Shown: piece after piece, positions 19,797 to 27,523 of the stretch | Layout of the letters: every line of letters begins with the position of its first letter | Position numbering within the stretch: position 1 is the first letter of the stretch | Assembly (NCBI GenBank): GCA_963824495.1 | Contig: CAWGPQ010000008.1 | Location: 96,001-160,000 of the forward strand | Direction of reading: 5' to 3' | Source of the DNA: an uncultured bacterium | GTDB lineage: Bacteria > Babelota > Babeliae > Babelales > Babelaceae | DNA length: 64,000 nt | Program-made: the position numbers and the translations under genes | Notes under the pieces: generated by a model | Databases searched by the model: none | What the model saw: only the letters and a program-made list of their open reading frames with translations | Told to the model about the DNA's origin: nothing

Positions 19797-21818
19797 ATGA
19801 AAGTACTACACACAATTACTCTCTTACTTGTAACTCTCATTGGGTCAACCTTAGGCTATGCTATGGATACCAATGAAAATATTCATGAAAATACCAGTGA
19901 ACCACCAACCAAAAAACAAAAAACAGAAGATACTATACAAGATGCTCAAGAAGGCACTTCTAATAGCAGATCGACATATCTTTTTAGCCAAGAAGAAATA
20001 CAAGGCCATAGCGAAGAACTGTTTACCGCAGCTGCCGATGGTGATGTCGAAAAGCTTTATATTCTCTTAACGAAAGGAATGCCTGTTGACCTTGTTGATA
20101 ATAACCAAGAAATAGGCAGGACGGCGCTTGCCATAGCTGCTCGAGCAGGCCAGCAGGAAGCAGTTGAACTTCTTATTCGCAATGGAGCCAATATTGACAC
20201 TCAAGATACCAATGGCGCGACACCGCTTCATCTTGCTTTGCTCAACGGCCACATTAACTTACTACAAACACTGTGCTTTTATAGGGCTGATACTACACTT
20301 GCTGATAATAATGGCAATCTTGCCCTTCACCTTGCCGCTACACAAGCAAATGTAGTTACTTTTTACGGTCTTCTTCAAGCTACCCCGGCAAACTTGATCA
20401 ATGCACAAAATAACGCTGGACAAACACCACTTGCTCTTGCGCTTGAAAGAAATAATATTGGAACTGCTCAGGTGCTTTTTCGACATAACGCTGCAATAGG
20501 TAACTCAGCAAATCAATTAGCCGCAATTATTGCAGACGGGCATGTAGAGCACCTTCAAACGGATCAACAGCTCTTGTATTATATCCTTATAGGCGACATA
20601 GAACGCGCCAATCATCTTCTTCAGACGGAAGATCCACTAAACTATATCGATACAGTAGATGATCTTGATATGACGATTCTTCATTGGGCTGCTGCTCGAG
20701 GTTATCATGACGTGGTAGAGTTCCTTCTCCGCGCAGAAGCAGATATTGACAACGCGGATATAGAAGGTATGCAGCCGCTACACTTTGCTGCACAAAATGG
20801 TCATCGTACTATCATGAAGCTATTACTTGCTCATGGAGCACTCGTTAACGCACGCGATAGACATGGACAGACACCTCTTCATTATGCGATACTAAGAGGA
20901 GACAGGGATAGTGCTGAAATTTTGATTGCAGCCCATGCAGATATTAATGCACAAAATGCTCGTGGCCAGAGCTCTTTACACTTAGCAGCATTAACTAGAA
21001 ACTTAGACCTTGCGCTATTTCTTATCAATCGTAATACAAGTATCAATGTCCGTGATAATGAGGGTTTTACACCATTAACCGTTGCAATCATCAATGACAA
21101 CTTGACCGTCATACGAGCACTCCTCTATTATAATGCTGATATAACTGAGCCCAGCAATGATAGTTACACTGCAGCTGAATTTGCTGAGCAGCTCGGCAGA
21201 CATGATGCTCGTGCTCTTTTAATGAACCCTATCATACCACCATTATTGTATGCTGTTATGACACAGAATGAAGAACTAGTGCATCGTCTTCTAGAGCAAA
21301 AAAATATAGATATCGCTGCTACTGACGGTATGGGCACTACAGCGTTAAGTATGGCTGTTCAGATGGGTAACGCTAATTTGGTAAACCTTCTACTCAAGTA
21401 TGGGGTACAGATGCATCAGACCAATTTAGCAAATAGGGCCGATTCTCAAGGGTTTACGCCACTTCATCATGCTGCTGGCAGGGGTCAGCCTGAAATTGTA
21501 CGCGCATTGCTTAATCATGGTGCTCACGCAAGGGCTTTAACACGCAATAACGAAACTCCTGCGGAGCTTGCACAAGCAAACAACCAATCGGAATGCTTAG
21601 AGATTCTGAGGGCTCATATACTACGGCCCTTTCTTGCCCGTTCATTTAGAGCTGGAGAACGAATCGAACATCTTAGAGAAACACCGTCAAACCTACCCTC
21701 AAACGATACCAGATCGCCAATAGCAATTGCAGGAGGAGATGAGAATATCATGAAAATCATTGCCACATTTCTTGTTCATCAGACTATGCACCATAACCCA
21801 AATAATAACAATAATTGA
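19797..21818 (+). CDS. Secreted ankyrin-repeat protein, tandem paralogue 3
   Basis: ATG 19797 after TAAGGA (track start 19641 overlaps the previous gene); PPTKKQK; closest to paralogue 2. Confidence 0.93.
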   Translation: MKVLHTITLLLVTLIGSTLGYAMDTNENIHENTSEPPTKKQKTEDTIQDAQEGTSNSRSTYLFSQEEIQGHSEELFTAAADGDVEKLYILLTKGMPVDLVDNNQEIGRTALAIAARAGQQEAVELLIRNGANIDTQDTNGATPLHLALLNGHINLLQTLCFYRADTTLADNNGNLALHLAATQANVVTFYGLLQATPANLINAQNNAGQTPLALALERNNIGTAQVLFRHNAAIGNSANQLAAIIADGHVEHLQTDQQLLYYILIGDIERANHLLQTEDPLNYIDTVDDLDMTILHWAAARGYHDVVEFLLRAEADIDNADIEGMQPLHFAAQNGHRTIMKLLLAHGALVNARDRHGQTPLHYAILRGDRDSAEILIAAHADINAQNARGQSSLHLAALTRNLDLALFLINRNTSINVRDNEGFTPLTVAIINDNLTVIRALLYYNADITEPSNDSYTAAEFAEQLGRHDARALLMNPIIPPLLYAVMTQNEELVHRLLEQKNIDIAATDGMGTTALSMAVQMGNANLVNLLLKYGVQMHQTNLANRADSQGFTPLHHAAGRGQPEIVRALLNHGAHARALTRNNETPAELAQANNQSECLEILRAHILRPFLARSFRAGERIEHLRETPSNLPSNDTRSPIAIAGGDENIMKIIATFLVHQTMHHNPNNNNN

Positions 21819-21830
21819 TAGAACTCGAGG

Positions 21831-21870
21831 GTCCAGGCTTATATAAACTTTTAAACTTTATAAGCCCGGA
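21831..21870. terminator. Hairpin between convergent genes
   Basis: GTCCAGGCTTATA/TATAAGCCCGGAC inverted repeat. Confidence 0.5.
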
Positions 21871-21907
21871 CACCTTTCCTTGTACGTGATATGCCCTTCG
21901 TAGCTTT

Positions 21908-22912
21908 TCAGCGCAGTGAGGTGAGATTAAAATAACTTTTCAACTCGGAATAACATGAAAATTTTTGAAGTTCAGTGTCATGTTGTATGAGCTTGTGGAG
22001 CAGGGTAAATTGCTGTGGTGCATGGGCAAAAACGTCAGCAAGTTCTTTAAGCCCCATTGCTACGCTGCTTTCATAGGCTGCAGCATTTTTATTGAAAAAA
22101 TCAAGTGGATTACTCCAGTTAGGCTGCTCAAGATCAATGAGTGCTAATTTGTCATCGACAACCATAATATTACGTTTGATATTCCAAATACCAGCATGCT
22201 TAATACCTATAAAAAGATCGTGTATATCGTGCTCAGTGAGCGATGCTATAGCACGAGGGCAATCTTCCAGTACTATGCCCTTAAGTAGTTCCTGAATAAT
22301 GATATAATTTTCATCTGCAACTTGGGTGGGCCTGTCTGGTACATGAACAAGATAGGTGCGGGGTAACCGCAAACGTGTTAAAGCATAATGCTCAATAACC
22401 TCACTTAGCTTCAAATAATAAGCACTATGGCTTATAGTTTGGAAGGTAGAGTAATCAAAAAGGTGGTCAATTTCAGATACTGAGCACTGTTGGTTAAGTT
22501 TATTGTAATAGGCAAGAAGCGTATTCAATCTATTAACAGGCCCAGCTATTTTTACTATATAACGCTCATCTACAGGTAGCGTAAAAACATAATTCCATTT
22601 ACTTACATTACTGATACCATATTCAGCAAGAAGAGCGTTATTATATGCATGTTCTTTGTGAACCTCAGAAATAGGGAAATGACGTATTAGAAGGCGCATC
22701 ATAAGGCTTTTATGGCAGGTAATCCATGTAAGCACATTTTTTTTAAGGGCAGCTGGTTGCTGTGGGGCAAGCTTAATGATATTCAGCTGGGTAATAGGTA
22801 TGTTACGATACGTGGTATAAGTTGCCGTGTGCGTACGCCCACTGTCGCCATCTATATCACCCATGAGCATAACACACATACTTAACCAAACAAAATAGTT
22901 CTTTTGACCCAT
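21908..22912 (-). CDS. Hypothetical protein with protein-kinase-like fold motifs
   Basis: YIVK lysine, YIIIQELL hinge-like, WNIKRNIMV...LALIDLE. Confidence 0.6.
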   Translation of the reverse strand: MGQKNYFVWLSMCVMLMGDIDGDSGRTHTATYTTYRNIPITQLNIIKLAPQQPAALKKNVLTWITCHKSLMMRLLIRHFPISEVHKEHAYNNALLAEYGISNVSKWNYVFTLPVDERYIVKIAGPVNRLNTLLAYYNKLNQQCSVSEIDHLFDYSTFQTISHSAYYLKLSEVIEHYALTRLRLPRTYLVHVPDRPTQVADENYIIIQELLKGIVLEDCPRAIASLTEHDIHDLFIGIKHAGIWNIKRNIMVVDDKLALIDLEQPNWSNPLDFFNKNAAAYESSVAMGLKELADVFAHAPQQFTLLHKLIQHDTELQKFSCYSELKSYFNLTSLR

Positions 22913-23095
22913 AGCTATTCTTTCTTTATTATCACAGACACATCACACGTCCTGCCATAGCGGTACTATACCACACCCTACCATGAACGTTAAGGCCAGG
23001 CAAAGAATTCCATTGAATTCAGTGAGAAAATTGATTTATTTTTAAAAATCTATATATTTCTAAGTAGATAAACAGCACTTGTGAGGATATCATTC

Positions 23096-23812
23096 ATGAA
23101 ACTACAACAAACTTTTTTTATCACAACGGCATGTGTACTACAGATCCTTCTCATTGCAGCAGATTGCTTACCAGTACCTATAAGTGATGCTCAATTAATC
23201 AACCAGCATATGCTCAAAAATAAGCAGGTATACGCAACATTGAGTAACTTGTTTATACGGTATCGTGATGCGCTTATAAAGAAAAGGGGTCTACCCAATA
23301 AAAACAGTATTCAGGAAACATATCTTGTTAATCCTGACTTTGAAGTATTGCATACACTAGGGTTTAAAAAAATGGGAGAAGGATCGTCCCCCGTTTTTGA
23401 GCACAACAAATTGCCCGGCTCAATTATTAAATTTGATGCAGCAGTTGAAAGACTCAAGGGGCTTAAACTCCTCAAAGAAGTTATACGCAAGAGAAAGCCC
23501 TCTATACCTATTGAGTTGCCTTCTAAAAATATAGTCCCGATTCAGTTGAATAAGCAACTACATTACATTATTCTCGAGAAAAAATTAGCTTTGGTCCCCA
23601 ATAATATACAAGCACTTAAGCATTCGCCGTTAAGGCCTCTTGCTGAAGTAAAGCAGGTTTTACAGGATGCAGGCTACTGTGATGCACATCCCGGCAATAT
23701 TAAGAAAACCAAAAAGGGGTTTGCCATAATCGATACTGATATTCGCAATTATAGTAGACCTGGCGATGCCTGTGGTGTGCGTGAGCTTGAATTAAAATTA
23801 GCACAGGCATAG
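23096..23812 (+). CDS. Secreted hypothetical protein with protein-kinase-like motifs
   Basis: RBS GAGGA; signal peptide; MGEGSS loop, SIIKF, YIILEK, DAHPGNI, AIIDTD. Confidence 0.7.
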   Translation: MKLQQTFFITTACVLQILLIAADCLPVPISDAQLINQHMLKNKQVYATLSNLFIRYRDALIKKRGLPNKNSIQETYLVNPDFEVLHTLGFKKMGEGSSPVFEHNKLPGSIIKFDAAVERLKGLKLLKEVIRKRKPSIPIELPSKNIVPIQLNKQLHYIILEKKLALVPNNIQALKHSPLRPLAEVKQVLQDAGYCDAHPGNIKKTKKGFAIIDTDIRNYSRPGDACGVRELELKLAQA

Positions 23813-23813
23813 T

Positions 23814-25100
23814 TTAGAAATGCATGCTCATATAATTAGAAAGAGCAAATGTTAGGCTTTTGCCCAAAACACGTTCTACGCCTTTACCGATAGGAAATTT
23901 TCTATAGGGTGAAAAATACGGATCAAGATCTGTTCGTATACCCAAGAGAGTTTCAGCACTATACACGCCAAGTGCCGCAGCCCAGGGTAATCCCGTAGCA
24001 CCACTTATATAATACACTGAAGGATTTTCCCGATCTCGGCCTGCTAGAGGAGCCAGATCTTTACTAATTCCGATCAAGCCAGGCCACATATACTCAAAGT
24101 TTATCGCAATGGTGGGAAACATACGAGTCCAGTAACGTACCAGCTTTCGGAATATAGTACGATCGTTATGCGATTCATGAGCAGCAAACATAGTAAGCAA
24201 ACTGCCGCCTCCAAGCAATAACCTGTTACTCCCTGTCAGGCGATAATACTGGTAAACTATATCAGTATCCCAGACCATTAAGGGCTTATCAGGAAAAATC
24301 ATAGGTACTTGCTTATCAGAAAGCGGCGATGATAGAAGAAGAAATGTTTGTGCGTGATACACATCTAAGCTTAATTTGCCAAGCTCAGGAAGGAAGCGAT
24401 CGGTACAAACAACAACATAATCAGCGGTAACGTTTCCGAAAGGTGTTTGGGCACTATGAGCGTCAATTTTTACAACAGGTGTTTCTTCGTAAACCTGAAT
24501 ACCAAGATCTTTCAATGCATGCTTAAGACCCTGACAATAACGATATGTGTTGATACCAAACGTATCGGTATAGCGCATGGCACCATAATACTTAGATGAT
24601 CCGAGCACAGCGTGAAGATCCTGCGCGTTATCATACAGCACACTTGAGTATAAGAGCTGCTGACGGGCAGTATATTCCTGCTTAATTTGATTAAATCCCG
24701 TGCGATTAAGCGCCACATAGAGTGAATCCTGTACCTGATAATCACAATCGAGATTAAAACGCTTAATGGTATTTTTAATTAACGTCGCACCGGAAATTGC
24801 AAAATCCCATATACGTCGTGCTTCATCAAGACCGTAAAGGCTAAGATAAGTACTCAGGCCAAGTTCAGAGTCTGGTGAAATAAATCCTGAGCTTTTACCA
24901 CTTGCTCCACCACCGCAAAAATACTCCTCAAGCAGCACAACACGTAATCCCCGTTCATGGAAACTCAAGGCTGCACTGAGCCCTGCCATACCACCACCGA
25001 CAATCACTACGTCGGCAGACGTATTGCCTGTTAGTATCTGTGGCTTATACTTGTCAACATACCACCATACAAGATCTTGGGGGATACCATACACTGCCAT
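23814..25100 (-). CDS. FAD-dependent oxidoreductase (DAO/PuuB-like)
   Basis: ADVVIVGGGMAGLSAA, GASGKSSG, YMWPG; start ATG 25100 or GTG 25109. Confidence 0.9.
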   Translation of the reverse strand: MAVYGIPQDLVWWYVDKYKPQILTGNTSADVVIVGGGMAGLSAALSFHERGLRVVLLEEYFCGGGASGKSSGFISPDSELGLSTYLSLYGLDEARRIWDFAISGATLIKNTIKRFNLDCDYQVQDSLYVALNRTGFNQIKQEYTARQQLLYSSVLYDNAQDLHAVLGSSKYYGAMRYTDTFGINTYRYCQGLKHALKDLGIQVYEETPVVKIDAHSAQTPFGNVTADYVVVCTDRFLPELGKLSLDVYHAQTFLLLSSPLSDKQVPMIFPDKPLMVWDTDIVYQYYRLTGSNRLLLGGGSLLTMFAAHESHNDRTIFRKLVRYWTRMFPTIAINFEYMWPGLIGISKDLAPLAGRDRENPSVYYISGATGLPWAAALGVYSAETLLGIRTDLDPYFSPYRKFPIGKGVERVLGKSLTFALSNYMSMHF

Positions 25101-25170
25101 ATCAAGCACTCTTTTATTACATGCTTATTTTTTAACGCTGTACCTGCTGATATCATGACATGCCTATATT

Positions 25171-25818
25171 TTTTGTTCAAGCACATCTTGCTTTACTCAA
25201 CTTGTAAGCTTGAACAAAAGTCTGTTCATAAAATGTGCTTGGAATTCTGCTTGAGGCTTCATCTACTGCTCTTTGAAAGATAGGACCATGCTCGTCCTTG
25301 TTTATAGCTATGGTAGGTTCGCAAGGACACGACAACTAACATAGCCTTGATTTTAAGGCTTCGGGCTATAAACCAAGAAACTCAGCCCGAGTCCCATTTG
25401 CTACTTGTCAGCGTATACCAATGGGCTAATCCTCATCTGACAAGTCCATAGGCATCATAATAATACCCAATAATAATACCCAGGGAGATAGGAGCTTCTA
25501 AGCTTCCTTTAGCCACTTTTAACGAGCACATGACCTAGCTCGGCATGCCTATCTTTCAAAGAGCAATAGATAAAGAAATTACTAAACTTATTAAAAGCAG
25601 AGGGCTAGGCTTCACTAAAAAGCTACGCCTAGCGTATCAGTTGTTGGAGTTTTTCAACTCACCGCTAATACCACAACCTTGCGGCTATTCCTCCATTTAT
25701 AGGCGGGAGACCGAGGATTTAACTCCTCGGCATACTCACCCTATAGGGTATACCTAAGGGTACTACGATAGCCTTTAACAGCTACTCCCCCCATTAATCT
25801 GGAAGAAATCTGTACTCA
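25171..25818 (-). ncRNA. Large structured ncRNA locus: two tRNA-like cloverleaves, tmRNA-like pseudoknot ring, 3' switch domain
   Basis: Dense hand-identified helices with many G-U pairs and GNRA loops on the minus strand only; consensus promoter upstream; ends are estimates. Confidence 0.8.
25257..25575 (-). ncRNA. tmRNA (ssrA)-homologous core PK1-PK4 closed by a 28-bp helix, without a tRNA-like domain
   Basis: GCAUGCCGAG...GCUCGUUAAAA (PK1) and ...GUGUCC...UAAA...GAC-GAGCAUG (PK4 and closing helix) match tmRNA hallmarks; four pseudoknots in canonical order. Confidence 0.82.
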
Positions 25819-25823
25819 CTATT

Positions 25824-25852
25824 AGTGTATCATAATAATGAATTATTGTCAA
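25824..25852 (-). promoter_or_regulatory. Sigma70-type promoter for the ncRNA locus
   Basis: TTGACA (25852-25847), 17-nt spacer, TGn-extended TACACT (25829-25824). Confidence 0.85.
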
Positions 25853-25881
25853 CCAGAAAATAATTTACTAAAGATTTTAGG

Positions 25882-27066
25882 CTATACAAGCAGACTTTCC
25901 AATCCTGGAAGTTTTTCGCCACTCAGTAACGCTAAAGCAGAGCCACCACCTGTTGAGCAATGATCAATTTCATGCTCAAGGTTAAATCTATATACTGCTG
26001 CGACAGAATCTCCACCACCGACAACTGAATAGGCGTCAGCATGAGCAACAGCTTTGAGTATTTCATGTAAGGGTTCCAGGGTTTCCGGTCGAGATGCATC
26101 GCCCATGGCGGCGTTTAAAAAGATTGTTTTTGCTTGGTAAATTTCTTCGATAAAAAGTTTAACGCTTCTTGGTCCGATACTCACACCAATTCCATTTTCA
26201 GGAAAATTATCCTCTGAGCAATGGGCCAGCAATCCCTTCCATGCATCGTAAGCGATCAAAAAATCTACCGGAAATATGAGCTTAATGTTTCGCTCATGAG
26301 CTTTTTTAATAATTTCTAAAGCTTTATCGAGTAAGCTATCATCCACTAACGATAACCCTACTGGCTTACCCTGCGCTTTAAGAAAAGTAAATATAAGAGC
26401 AGGACAGAGCATCAGCGAATCGATAGGTTGCATAATTAATTTTTCAAGAAATGGTAGCTTATCGGTTACTTTGCCTCCCCCTAAAATATAGAGCACAGGT
26501 CCTTGAGGATACACCATAAGTGGCTCAAATGTTGCAAGCTCTTTTTGCACAAGCAAACCAATACTTTTATGTGATACCGGAAAGAAGTGAGGCACAACTG
26601 CTATCGATGTATCGTTACGATGAAGTGAGCTAAATGCATCATCAACATAAAATTCAGCAGTTTTGGCCAACTGTTGAGCATAGGCAAGATCACCTGATTT
26701 TTCACCAGAAAAAAATCGAAGATTTTCAAGCATAATAATAGACGGACCGGTACTACCGATGGTTGGTATAGTTTGAGGGTCATCAACAAGCGTGACGTCA
26801 TAACTCCGTTCACGTAACCAGGCAACGAGAGGCTTTACAGAAAAAGCTACATCATAACCGTGAGGCCTGCCAAGATGTGTTGCAAGAATAATCGTAGCAT
26901 TCTTTTCTAAAAGCAGATCAATTGTTGGCAGAACTGCACGAATACGGAAATCGTCAATAATGTTACCCTTGTCGAGAGGCACATTAAGATCTGCTCTCAA
27001 AAAAACTCGTTTTCCAGAAAGATCACCCCACCCATCAATAGAAACATGAAAATAAGACATATTCAT
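25882..27066 (-). CDS. pgk: Phosphoglycerate kinase
   Basis: VFLRADLNVP, THLGRP, LENLRF, GGGDS, STGGGSAL. Confidence 0.97.
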   Translation of the reverse strand: MNMSYFHVSIDGWGDLSGKRVFLRADLNVPLDKGNIIDDFRIRAVLPTIDLLLEKNATIILATHLGRPHGYDVAFSVKPLVAWLRERSYDVTLVDDPQTIPTIGSTGPSIIMLENLRFFSGEKSGDLAYAQQLAKTAEFYVDDAFSSLHRNDTSIAVVPHFFPVSHKSIGLLVQKELATFEPLMVYPQGPVLYILGGGKVTDKLPFLEKLIMQPIDSLMLCPALIFTFLKAQGKPVGLSLVDDSLLDKALEIIKKAHERNIKLIFPVDFLIAYDAWKGLLAHCSEDNFPENGIGVSIGPRSVKLFIEEIYQAKTIFLNAAMGDASRPETLEPLHEILKAVAHADAYSVVGGGDSVAAVYRFNLEHEIDHCSTGGGSALALLSGEKLPGLESLLV

Positions 27067-27095
27067 AGCATCTTCACCACTCTCTTCTTATTCGC

Positions 27096-27461
27096 TCAGA
27101 GTTGATTATATTTCCTTGTCACGCCTTTAGCTTTTTCTAATGGGTACCTTTGAGCACCAAGAGCCATTTTGTTCTCTATAGCGTTACTTAAATCGATATT
27201 GTGTGCTGCACAAAACATCAAAATACCTATGGTGATGTCAGCCAACTCATCCTCCACATTTTGACGATTCTGTTCAAGATCTCGGAGAGATTCTTCGCTT
27301 GTTCGTGACCACCGAAAGGGCTCCATAAGCTCTGCTGCTTCGGTTGCTATGAGCATACTCAAGTTCTTTGGCGAATGAAACTGCTGCCAATCGCGCTCAT
27401 GTACAAATTGTTGTACTTTTTGCTTAAGTTCAGCAATAGTTATTGTACTGTCCATAGGCAT
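27096..27461 (-). CDS. MazG-like nucleotide pyrophosphohydrolase (dCTPase family)
   Basis: ERDWQQFHSPKNL, EAAEL.E.F.W, DELAD. Confidence 0.93.
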   Translation of the reverse strand: MPMDSTITIAELKQKVQQFVHERDWQQFHSPKNLSMLIATEAAELMEPFRWSRTSEESLRDLEQNRQNVEDELADITIGILMFCAAHNIDLSNAIENKMALGAQRYPLEKAKGVTRKYNQL

Positions 27462-27523
27462 AATCCTCGTGCTCGCGTTGATATAGTGTGAGTGATACGC
27501 TGTTTAAGAATAGCATGAAGTAC

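Noticed and set aside
15635..21818. Repeats among ankyrin genes read as a CRISPR array or DGR template/variable repeats
   Set aside because: They are coding paralogy; there are no constant repeat-spacer units, no RT gene and no evident adenine-only mismatch pattern.
25257..25575. 28-bp inverted repeat read as MITE/IS terminal repeats or an invertible segment
   Set aside because: Both mismatches are G-U wobbles on one strand, the interior is tmRNA-like, and no target duplication, transposase or recombinase is nearby.
25257..25575. Retron msr-msd bounded by a1/a2 repeats
   Set aside because: No reverse transcriptase in the window, and the pseudoknot series fits tmRNA better.
25077..25757. Track ORFs 25077..25283 and 25545..25757 (+)
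   Set aside because: Short, no recognisable motifs or clear RBS, antisense to the structured RNA.
25705..25770. Plus-strand permuted tmRNA tRNA-like domain (AGAC-CGAGG-ATTTAACT-CCTCG-GCATACTC-ACC)
   Set aside because: It is on the opposite strand to the pseudoknot core and promoter and has no G3-U70 pair, TTC loop or CCA; it is probably the mirror of the minus-strand hairpin.
25599..25792. Tandem glycine riboswitch upstream of a DAO-family gene
   Set aside because: Lacks the conserved CUCUCAGG and GGAGAG/CCGAAG arrangement, and the junction topology differs.
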